Virus record (IMG/VR): IMGVR_UViG_3300045988_123705
Location: 1-45,496 of that record
From: a virus
Length of the DNA: 45,496 nucleotides
Strand: one strand, 5' to 3'
Every line of letters begins with the position of its first letter. The first letter of the stretch is position 1. Under the pieces are notes generated by a model. It was not told where the DNA came from, searched no databases, and saw nothing but the letters and a program-made list of their open reading frames with translations. This document shows positions 35,656 to 42,418 of this stretch, one piece after another. Both the position numbers and the translations under genes were made by a program.

Positions 35656-36144
35656 ATGTGTGGGAAAAGATTAAGAAGAGTGGCTATTATCACATTTTTG
35701 TTATCGGTGTTGCCGTTTTCTCAACCTTGCTTGTTTATTTCTTGTGGCGAGGAGACTACGGGATACATCACGCTGACAGTTCAGGAGTGGAACGACTTCA
35801 AAACGGACTGGACAGAGCAGATGACAGAATTAACCATGTTGAAACAGAACTTGAGCATGCTGACGCTGAACTCGACCGAGCAACAGGAACAAGTAGAGAA
35901 ATTACTCAAGAAGTGCAACAGCTTAGAGATGGAATTAGGGAAAATCAAGCTGTCCTTAAACAGTGCGAAGATCTCATTGACAGAAGCGAAGAAAGAAATC
36001 GCAGAGTGCAAGAAAGAATTAGAGCTATTGAAAAACGAAATCAACGAACTGAAACACAAATTGAGGGTAGCGAAAAGACAACGTGACGCATGGGCAATAG
36101 GGGTTCCCGTGGCGTTCATTGCAGGGTACTTTGTCGCAAAATAG
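35656..36144 (+). CDS. Lipoprotein-signal / heptad coiled-coil / C-terminal TM protein (unimolecular-spanin-like topology) - frame B
   Basis: MCGKRLRRVAIITFLLSVLPFSQPCLFIS-C lipobox-like signal. Perfect a/d heptads through ..KKELELLKNEINELKHKL. C-terminal AWAIGVPVAFIAGYFVAK lies beyond the stop of the overlapping frame. Confidence 0.5.
   Translation: MCGKRLRRVAIITFLLSVLPFSQPCLFISCGEETTGYITLTVQEWNDFKTDWTEQMTELTMLKQNLSMLTLNSTEQQEQVEKLLKKCNSLEMELGKIKLSLNSAKISLTEAKKEIAECKKELELLKNEINELKHKLRVAKRQRDAWAIGVPVAFIAGYFVAK
35658..36086 (+). CDS. N-terminal TM anchor plus coiled-coil protein (i-spanin-like topology) - frame A, overlapping frame B
   Basis: GTG 35658 is 6-7 nt after GAGGA. MWEKIKKSGYYHIFVIGVAVFSTLLVYFLWRGD then heptads VERLQNGLDRADDRINHVETELEHADAELDRA. 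GAA-dominated codon use like the rest of the genome. Confidence 0.4.
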   Translation: MWEKIKKSGYYHIFVIGVAVFSTLLVYFLWRGDYGIHHADSSGVERLQNGLDRADDRINHVETELEHADAELDRATGTSREITQEVQQLRDGIRENQAVLKQCEDLIDRSEERNRRVQERIRAIEKRNQRTETQIEGSEKTT

Positions 36145-36240
36145 ACCTAAAAATGTCACAGAAATAAACCTATTGAAACCAAGCAATATCTTTTATAAAA
36201 GGGTATTGCAATTATGTAAATGGGGTGATAAAATAATTGC

Positions 36241-36405
36241 AGGTGAGATGTACACCTCATTCATCTGCTGAATAAGCAGTTTAGAAAACTTAATGAATGA
36301 TTATCATGTTATCTGCCGAATAGGCAGCTTAGAAAATGTAAAGAATGATTAATCATTCCGTGAGGTGTCATTTCAGAAAGAAGCACTTGTAATGAGTGCT
36401 TTTTT
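36241..36405 (+). ncRNA. Candidate ~165-nt structured RNA with internally duplicated two-hairpin module and its own promoter and terminator
   Basis: TTGCAA-17-(TGa)TAAAAT at 36206-36234. Closing helix 36252-36259/36361-36368. Hairpins CTGCT-GAATA-AGCAG and CTGCC-GAATA-GGCAG (compensatory changes). Terminator AAGCACT-tgtaatg-AGTGCTT + T5 (36381-36405). Confidence 0.4.
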
Positions 36406-36788
36406 CATTGTATAATTCTTGTATAGAGTGCATATAGCCGTGGCGGAGGAGCTTATCACCATGGATGTCACGAGAAACAGGAAAGAAACGTAAATGATTT
36501 CCCACGTGGCAGTTCAGAAGAGTTGGAATCCGTAGGAGAGAACTACTCCTATAAAAATCCCCATCATCGACACTATATTTTGTTCATGCACTGACATATA
36601 TAGTGACGGGTTATCGATTGACAGGCCTATGACAGTAAGCAACTCATTTATCAGAGTGAGCCGAACTCATAGGCTTTTTTACTGCCAATAATACGCTTCA
36701 CTTTTGATACACATTTAATACGCTTATTTTTCTAAGCGCATTAGGAGAGGCACAAAAAAGGCACAAAAATATATTTTGAACGTTTTCA

Positions 36789-37859
36789 TCACCCAAAAAT
36801 CCGTTGGATATCACTTGCCGCCTTTTCCCTCATCTCTTCCGTGTAATGTAGATACACCTGCTCAACGGTGGTGACTGTATCACCTAATAAGCTTGCAACG
36901 GTTCTTATGTCTACACCATTTGCTAATAAATTGGTAGCATAAGTATGGCGGAAGTCGTGCGGAGAATGGTTAGGTGTTATACGAATTATTGTGTTCCGTA
37001 TTTCCGTGTAATACTTAATTCCGGTGAGCCTTCCATCCATGTATGAAAATGGACGTTGATCAAGATATATTTGCAGCGCCTTGTGTAACTTTTGCGGGAT
37101 GGGGATTTTTCTGTGACTGTTCTTTGTCTTTAACGGTTTAAATGTATATTTGCCATTATGCCCCTTTCCCCATTGTTTGTCTACTATCAATTCTTTATTG
37201 TTGAAGTCGTTTACAGTAACAGCCAGTGCCTCATTGACACGAAGACCGCAGTATTCCATCAAGCAACAGATAATCCATGATGATCTACTATGGTTGAATA
37301 ACTCTTTGTGAATAATATCTAATTCAGCTTGATTAAAAGTCCGAATCCGATTTCCATTGGTGTTTCTTTTTAAGCTTTTATATACATAATCTGTTAATAC
37401 ATTTACAGCAATCACCTTATATCTTACGGCTGCCTTGAATAGTGTTTTTAAAACAACAATACTATTCTTACATGTTTTGTATGAGTAATTTAAGGCAGAA
37501 ATGGCGTGCATACAGTCACTGTAAGTAATCTTACTCATCGGTATATCAAGCAGGGCAGGGAAACGGTTTAAAGCGTTCTTATAAGAAATATATGTGTTGT
37601 ATGCCAGTATACTTTTTTGATCTTCGAGGTAACTTTCTGAAAACTGCCGAAGAGTAACGCCCTCTTGAGATATGTCAATAGACAAAAGCCCTTTTACTTG
37701 CTTGAGTAGGGCTTCTTTTTCTTCTCCTGTTATATCTCTCTTATTCTTATATCCGGACTTTGTTTTCTGTCTCCATTGCCCAGCATTGTCTTTATACCTA
37801 AGAATAAGCTGAAAGTATCTGCCTTTTTTCCTGATAAAATAGCTGTAATTGCTTTTCAT
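36789..37859 (-). CDS. int: Tyrosine integrase
   Basis: C-terminal HDFRHTYATNLLANGVDIRTVASLLGD......VYLHY (HxxR...Y). Arm-binding type N-terminus MKSNYSYFIRKKGRYFQL. An upstream ATG 37901 is also possible. Confidence 0.92.
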   Translation of the reverse strand: MKSNYSYFIRKKGRYFQLILRYKDNAGQWRQKTKSGYKNKRDITGEEKEALLKQVKGLLSIDISQEGVTLRQFSESYLEDQKSILAYNTYISYKNALNRFPALLDIPMSKITYSDCMHAISALNYSYKTCKNSIVVLKTLFKAAVRYKVIAVNVLTDYVYKSLKRNTNGNRIRTFNQAELDIIHKELFNHSRSSWIICCLMEYCGLRVNEALAVTVNDFNNKELIVDKQWGKGHNGKYTFKPLKTKNSHRKIPIPQKLHKALQIYLDQRPFSYMDGRLTGIKYYTEIRNTIIRITPNHSPHDFRHTYATNLLANGVDIRTVASLLGDTVTTVEQVYLHYTEEMREKAASDIQRIFG

Positions 37860-37978
37860 TTTGCCCTTTCTATGGTATAATAAACATGAGGGTAAATCCA
37901 TTTCTCATTTCATTCATCTTTTATCTCCCTCACAAAAGCACTCATTCCTAATCCTTTCTAAGTGGGTGCTTTTTTATT

Positions 37979-38257
37979 TTATACTTTTCCCGATACATCG
38001 TTTCTGCAATGAGGACAGACAGAAGCTCCTTTCTTTACAAATTCCTTGCAAAACGGGCATTCTACATATCCATTTTCTTGCATTTCTTTTGCCTTCTGTT
38101 CGGGTGCTTTTGAAATAACAAGTGAGTGAATAAGGGCTACAATAAACAATAACACGCCATAAATATACCAAACAGCAAAATTACGTCCTTTGCCCTTAGC
38201 GATAATTGCGGGAATTGCCCCTAAGAATAATGCTAAAATAATAAATTCTGGTTCCAT
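37979..38257 (-). CDS. Small membrane protein with C-terminal zinc ribbon (CPFC...CPHC)
   Basis: Two TM segments then ECPFCKEFVKKGASVCPHCRN. Last gene of the repressor operon, followed by a hairpin + U-tract (37937-37975 region). Confidence 0.6.
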   Translation of the reverse strand: MEPEFIILALFLGAIPAIIAKGKGRNFAVWYIYGVLLFIVALIHSLVISKAPEQKAKEMQENGYVECPFCKEFVKKGASVCPHCRNDVSGKV

Positions 38258-38266
38258 AATATCCTC

Positions 38267-38584
38267 CTACTCAAAATCTCTACCATCAACAGATATTTTG
38301 TAAAAACGTTCTATATAAGGGAGCTTTGCGATTCGTTTTCTGGTTGACACTTCCTTTAAAGCTGCCGCCCGCCCCATGAGCGATACTCCTCCAAAATGTT
38401 TTAGACATACAGCGTCTGGAGAATTAAAAATCGGTTCCCCATCGTAACGCCTAACTATAAGCGTCATTCCGTCTGGGATTACTCCAAGCGGCTGAATTGT
38501 ATAAAATCCATAATATGAAAAGAAAACAAATCCGGACGCCAATACACATGCTAAGATACCGCCTAATAACTTCCCTTTTCTCAT
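38267..38584 (-). CDS. Membrane-anchored/secreted hypothetical protein (105 aa)
   Basis: N-terminal MRKGKLLGGILACVLASGFVFFSYYGFY hydrophobic anchor. Tightly packed between immA and the zinc-ribbon gene. Confidence 0.55.
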   Translation of the reverse strand: MRKGKLLGGILACVLASGFVFFSYYGFYTIQPLGVIPDGMTLIVRRYDGEPIFNSPDAVCLKHFGGVSLMGRAAALKEVSTRKRIAKLPYIERFYKISVDGRDFE

Positions 38585-38585
38585 T

Positions 38586-39050
38586 TCAACCTCCTTGACA
38601 AGTAAAACACTGTACTTTCTGGAACTCTTTTAAAAGGTTGACTGTTTCATCAATGGTCAATCTTTTTTCATTTCTTATCCCGTCTATCATATCTGGATTA
38701 TTCCTTAAACAAGTATGGGCAATAAGCAAAAAGGCGAATTTATTCGCTTCAAACTCTTTCTGTTCCATCGTATCTTTTTTCAGGGTGTGCATGGAGAATA
38801 AATGATATCCGCCCTGATGTAATAAAATATGCCCTAATTCATGGGCAAGGACAACGTTTTGATGGTCAAAATCCAATTCTTTATTGATGAGTATAACCTG
38901 TTTCTTCACGAATTTAATGAATATGCCGTTCGGACCACCCATCATATCCGCATATTTCACCTTTATCCCTAAGCGTTCCGCCAATTCATTTGGATCATTA
39001 GTCCTATATTTCTTGATTATATCAAGGACTTTCGGTAGCATTCTCCTCAT
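38586..39050 (-). CDS. immA: ImmA/IrrE family metallopeptidase
   Basis: HEXXH motif in VVLAHELGHILLH. Overlaps (ATGA) the upstream XRE repressor gene as in ImmR/ImmA pairs. Confidence 0.85.
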   Translation of the reverse strand: MRRMLPKVLDIIKKYRTNDPNELAERLGIKVKYADMMGGPNGIFIKFVKKQVILINKELDFDHQNVVLAHELGHILLHQGGYHLFSMHTLKKDTMEQKEFEANKFAFLLIAHTCLRNNPDMIDGIRNEKRLTIDETVNLLKEFQKVQCFTCQGG

Positions 39051-39436
39051 TTTTCGCCATCCTCATCACTTAATGCGAATTTTACATAACTTGCAATCTT
39101 TTTACGTTTATCTTCGTCAATTTCGTATTCATACCCGTTAAATAGGACTGTTGCCCCTTGTAGTTCTTTATATATATCTATCTTTTTACCAGGTCGTTTT
39201 GAACCATATTCTTCCGACAACTCATTCACCGCCATCTTAGTAAGCCCCATTAACTCCGTGGGTGATATGTGAAATATTTCTGCAAATCGTTTGATCTTAG
39301 ATTGTGACAAATCAACCTCCCCTGATTCTATCTTGCCGATCATTGAACGAGATTTATAACCTGCTAATTTGGCGAGTTCATCTTGAGAAAGTTGCGATTT
39401 GATTCTTAAAGCCTTAATCCGTTCGTACATTGTCAT
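39047..39436 (-). CDS. XRE-family CI-like repressor
   Basis: ERIKALRIKSQLSQDELAKLAGYKSRSMIGKIESGEVDLSQSKIKRFAEIFHISPTELMG. Divergent from the Cro-like gene. Confidence 0.88.
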   Translation of the reverse strand: MTMYERIKALRIKSQLSQDELAKLAGYKSRSMIGKIESGEVDLSQSKIKRFAEIFHISPTELMGLTKMAVNELSEEYGSKRPGKKIDIYKELQGATVLFNGYEYEIDEDKRKKIASYVKFALSDEDGEK

Positions 39437-39516
39437 ATTATCACCTCTTTATATATGTATATAACCTCAACGTAGAATTAAAATCAACAAAAATGTTAAA
39501 ATTACAAAAAAATATG

Positions 39517-39545
39517 TTGACTTTAATTCCCGCACGATGTAGAAT
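39517..39545 (+). promoter_or_regulatory. Rightward early promoter (PR-like) TTGACT-17-TAGAAT overlapping a GTAGAAT operator-like repeat
   Basis: TTGACT 39517-39522, TAGAAT 39540-39545. GTAGAAT(T) copies at 39471, 39539 and, inverted, at 39814-39821. Confidence 0.65.
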
Positions 39546-39598
39546 ATAATTAAACAAGAGGGAATAAGATTCCCCAAAAGAAAAGGTGGTGAGACAAA

Positions 39599-39814
39599 AT
39601 GTTTAATCGAGAGTTGTTTGATAAAGCAATTGATAAAGTAGGGGTGAGAAAGTCGTTCATGGCAAAAAAACTTGGAATAACGCCCGCTGCATTCTATTAC
39701 AAAATAAACAGCCAGCGAGAATGGAAGGCTTCTGAAATTGCGACTGTTTCAAAATGTCTTCATTTATCAGATGAAGATATTAGGAGCATTTTTTTGGGTA
39801 AAATGGCGAATTAA
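39599..39814 (+). CDS. Cro-like small HTH regulator
   Basis: 71 aa, VRKSFMAKKLGITPAAFYYKINSQREW HTH. First gene rightward of the switch region. RBS AAGGTGGTGA. Confidence 0.7.
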   Translation: MFNRELFDKAIDKVGVRKSFMAKKLGITPAAFYYKINSQREWKASEIATVSKCLHLSDEDIRSIFLGKMAN

Positions 39815-39844
39815 ATTCTACAAACGGAAAGCGAGGTGAAGAAA

Positions 39845-39967
39845 ATGCCAGAAAAGAAAAAATTGAAAAAAAGCCCTTATCGGTTAGAAAAAGGCTCTTC
39901 CTCAATAACAGTATCAGAGGACAAAATAATTATCCATGCTGATAAGGTTACGGTTTTACAGAGATGA
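39845..39967 (+). CDS. Small hypothetical ORF (40 aa)
   Basis: GAGGTG RBS 6 nt before ATG 39845. Below the track size cutoff. Confidence 0.3.
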   Translation: MPEKKKLKKSPYRLEKGSSSITVSEDKIIIHADKVTVLQR

Positions 39968-40106
39968 TGGAACTTATTGAAATGAAGAAAGGATGTGTAA
40001 CGAATGGGGTTAAGTAAAAGCAGAGATTTTATCAAAGAAATGAAAGAACGAATGAAAAAAAGACGCCCAGTGATGGGGGAAATCCAACAAAGAGCGTCTA
40101 AAAACG

Positions 40107-40364
40107 TTATTTTGCGGAAAGTTCAGAACGAATCAAATCCTTGATCTGCTCTTCCATACGCAAATTCTGTTTTTCAAGAATGGTCGCAATAGCCACTGGT
40201 AGCACTTTTTTAAAATTTGCCAACGAACATGCTTCCAGCTGTTCAAACGGATTAGTTCCTGCTTGCTGGGCGGCCTGTATAACGACAGAATCTGCCCATT
40301 GTTGGTTTTCGTCAATCCATTGGTTAGCTAATTTGACTATTTCTTCCTTGGTAAAACCAATCAT
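40107..40364 (-). CDS. Leftward-transcribed hypothetical protein (85 aa) embedded in the rightward early region
   Basis: ATG 40364 preceded by GGAAGGAGGTGG. Promoter TTGTAA-17-TATAAT. Minus-strand terminator AGACGC...GCGTCT + U7 at 40054-40099. Confidence 0.65.
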   Translation of the reverse strand: MIGFTKEEIVKLANQWIDENQQWADSVVIQAAQQAGTNPFEQLEACSLANFKKVLPVAIATILEKQNLRMEEQIKDLIRSELSAK

Positions 40365-40395
40365 GATGTTCCACCTCCTTCCTATAACCAACTTG

Positions 40396-40424
40396 ATTAT
40401 AGAGCATAACGGAGGCGATTACAA
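40396..40424 (-). promoter_or_regulatory. Leftward promoter TTGTAA-17-TATAAT for the 85-aa gene
   Basis: Plus-strand ATTATA 40396-40401 and TTACAA 40419-40424, exact 17-nt spacer. Confidence 0.65.
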
Positions 40425-40463
40425 AGAAAGGAGAATTACCATATTTAAAACTAATTTCAATGT

Positions 40464-40521
40464 AAAAAGCCGACTGACATCACACCATCAATCGGCGGGT
40501 GGAAAAGTGAGTGACACTTCC
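40464..40521 (-). ncRNA. Candidate ~58-nt antisense sRNA (copy A) upstream of the antirepressor gene
   Basis: On the minus strand, extended -10 TGtTAAAAT (plus 40528-40536). Then GGTGGAA.. hairpin, then GCCGATTGA-loop-TCAGTCGGC (G-U only on this strand) + U5. Confidence 0.4.
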
Positions 40522-40549
40522 ACCTCTATTTTAACATAGGAGGTCAAAA

Positions 40550-41338
40550 ATGAAAAATTTAATGACGATTGAAAATGTAAAAGGATTTTTAGATCCAAAG
40601 ACAGGAACAGCCTATCTCAATGCAGAAGATGTGGCACGGGGGTTCGGATTTACACAAGACAAAAATGGCATAGAGTATGTCCGATGGGAGACGGTAAATG
40701 GGTATTTGACCAAATTTGGATTTTCCCAACGAGTTGGGAAAGATGATTATTTACCAGAAAACATGGTATATCGTCTTGGGTTTAAAGCAAATAACGAAAC
40801 GGCAAAGAAATTTCAGGCTAAATTGGCGGATGACGTCATCCCTGCTATCCGTAAAACAGGCATGTACATGACAGAAAATGCTGTACAGAACATTCTCAAT
40901 AATCCGACGGCTTTTATTGAAATCCTTACTGAATACAAAAAGGTACAGGACGAAAACAAAGCACTTGCCATGCAGAACGCCAGCCAGAAACAGCTTATAG
41001 GTGAATTGAAGCCGAAGGCAGACTACACAGATTTAATCCTCAAGAGTAAATCTCTTGTAACAATCACACAGATTGCCAAAGATTACGGAATGAGCGGACA
41101 GGCGATGAATAAAATTCTCCACAATCTGGGAATTATCTACAACCAGTCTGGGCAGTGGCTCCTGTATAGCAAACATCAGGCAAAAGGTTATACACATAGT
41201 GAAACGGTAAACATCGTTCACAGTGATGGACGGGAAAATGTAAAGATGAACACGAAATGGACACAGAAAGGACGCTTGTTCTTGTATAACACACTGAAAA
41301 AAGAGGATATCATCCCCGTTATTGAGAAAGGAGCTTGA
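40550..41338 (+). CDS. ant: Phage antirepressor (N-terminal Bro-N/AntA-like, C-terminal KilAC/ANT domain)
   Basis: AEDVARGFGFTQ...YVRWETVNGYL... and C-terminal DYTDLILKSKSLVTITQIAKDYGMSGQAMNKILHNLGIIY..GQWLLYSKHQAKGY. Confidence 0.85.
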   Translation: MKNLMTIENVKGFLDPKTGTAYLNAEDVARGFGFTQDKNGIEYVRWETVNGYLTKFGFSQRVGKDDYLPENMVYRLGFKANNETAKKFQAKLADDVIPAIRKTGMYMTENAVQNILNNPTAFIEILTEYKKVQDENKALAMQNASQKQLIGELKPKADYTDLILKSKSLVTITQIAKDYGMSGQAMNKILHNLGIIYNQSGQWLLYSKHQAKGYTHSETVNIVHSDGRENVKMNTKWTQKGRLFLYNTLKKEDIIPVIEKGA

Positions 41339-41574
41339 ACGTGGACGAAAAAACGATTGCCGCTTACAAAAACATAAACAGACAACAAAAGGTAGATGTT
41401 GGATCCCTGTACAGGAAAAAGCTTATTGAGTTTCTTGATAAAGCGTCCGACATCTACGAACTGGAAAGCGCTAACAAATGTATAAAAATGCTGCCGTATC
41501 TTCCCGATGAAGACAACACTGTATACGCAAAAAATGAAGATACAGGGCAGATGGAGAAAGTGTTTCAGAGGTGA
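41335..41574 (+). CDS. Hypothetical protein (79 aa)
   Basis: Track ORF, non-ATG start overlapping the ant stop. Confidence 0.4.
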   Translation: MNVDEKTIAAYKNINRQQKVDVGSLYRKKLIEFLDKASDIYELESANKCIKMLPYLPDEDNTVYAKNEDTGQMEKVFQR

Positions 41575-41578
41575 ATAA

Positions 41579-41863
41579 ATGCAAGAGGTATTCACGATAG
41601 ACGAATTGGCTAAGCGGTGGGGGTGTAGCAAATCTACCATCGCAAGACATGAAAAAGATGGATATTTGCGTCGCTGTTCAAATGTTCCAGGCGGAATCCA
41701 TTACCCGCTTTCAGAAGTCCTTAAATGCGAGGACATTCAGCAGAACTATTCACCTTTATCTCCAGCGTCTCATGGGATGTTGGTGAGAAAAATAAATGCA
41801 CTTCAAAAAGAAAATGAGAACTTATCAAAAAAATTAGAAAAAGCAAGGGAGGTATTGTCATGA
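41579..41863 (+). CDS. MerR/excisionase-type HTH protein (possible Xis or regulator)
   Basis: VFTIDELAKRWGCSKSTIARHEKDGYLRR is an HTH_17/excisionase-like N-terminus, followed by a coiled-coil tail. Confidence 0.5.
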   Translation: MQEVFTIDELAKRWGCSKSTIARHEKDGYLRRCSNVPGGIHYPLSEVLKCEDIQQNYSPLSPASHGMLVRKINALQKENENLSKKLEKAREVLS

Positions 41864-41940
41864 TTGACAAGGCAATGAATGTACTGTATATCGTTATTTT
41901 CCTGTTTATGATTGCGGCTGTTGTGGAGGCTATCCGATGA
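41860..41940 (+). CDS. Small hydrophobic peptide (26 aa, single TM)
   Basis: MIDKAMNVLYIVIFLFMIAAVVEAIR. GGGAGG RBS. ATGA overlaps at both ends. Confidence 0.45.
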   Translation: MIDKAMNVLYIVIFLFMIAAVVEAIR

Positions 41941-42194
41941 AAGCGTTAATAGCATTTATAGCGATCGTGGGGTTGGCAGGATATGCAGTAGAGCCTGAAC
42001 AGCCGCTGATTGCTTATAAGGCAACTATTTCCAAAACGGAAACAGTTTGGGATGTCTGCTCACGAATAGCCGGCAACCAAGATAACATGCAGGAATTAGT
42101 ATGGCGGACGATGAAAGAAAACCACATCAACAATCCAGGCGAAGTACAGCCTGGACAAGAAATTATTGTGAGAGTAAAGGCGGTGAAGAAATGA
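41937..42194 (+). CDS. Membrane-anchored LysM-like domain protein
   Basis: N-terminal MKALIAFIAIVGLAGYA anchor. TVWDVCSRIAGN..ELVWRTMKENHINNPGEVQPGQEIIV fits the LysM pattern. Confidence 0.5.
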   Translation: MKALIAFIAIVGLAGYAVEPEQPLIAYKATISKTETVWDVCSRIAGNQDNMQELVWRTMKENHINNPGEVQPGQEIIVRVKAVKK

Positions 42195-42376
42195 CTGACG
42201 CAGAAAAGTTTAAACATATCAGCGAATATGTACGCCGCAGGCATAAGCAGGAGTTAGATGTCTGGACAGATGCGGACAAAAATGGTCAAGTGATAAACGC
42301 GGCCAAAGCGAGTATACGCGAAGAAATTTTATTTGAAATTATTACTGAGCTAAACGAAATTGAAAAAGCCGACTGA
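42191..42376 (+). CDS. Hypothetical protein (61 aa)
   Basis: ATG 42191 in ATGA overlap with the upstream stop. Confidence 0.45.
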   Translation: MTDAEKFKHISEYVRRRHKQELDVWTDADKNGQVINAAKASIREEILFEIITELNEIEKAD

Positions 42377-42418
42377 TAATTGCAGTTATCAATCGGCGAA
42401 CGTATTGGTGATACATCC
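42363..42418 (-). ncRNA. Candidate ~56-nt antisense sRNA (copy B), paralog of 40464..40521
   Basis: On the minus strand, TGaTAAAAT (plus 42425-42433), GGTGGA, 12-bp stem GCCGATTGATAA/TTATCAGTCGGC (G-U on this strand only) + U5. Confidence 0.4.

Noticed and set aside
35562-35657. Upstream TTG extensions of both post-lysis ORFs (track starts 35562 and 35626)
   Set aside because: They have no RBS. The extensions cross a GC hairpin (35592-35612), and they add residues before otherwise well-formed N-terminal signal or anchor sequences. ATG 35656 and GTG 35658 behind GAGGA are better starts.
36259-36358. Possible mini-CRISPR array (two ~27-nt hairpin repeats 48 nt apart)
   Set aside because: The intervening 'spacers' are themselves homologous to each other, so the unit is a ~48-nt tandem duplication. 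There are only two copies, no cas genes and no leader.
36420-36700. tRNA or tmRNA fragment in the attP region
   Set aside because: I could not find a cloverleaf or a GGTTCGAATCC-type T-arm. Only generic hairpins are present, so a tRNA target remains untested rather than supported.
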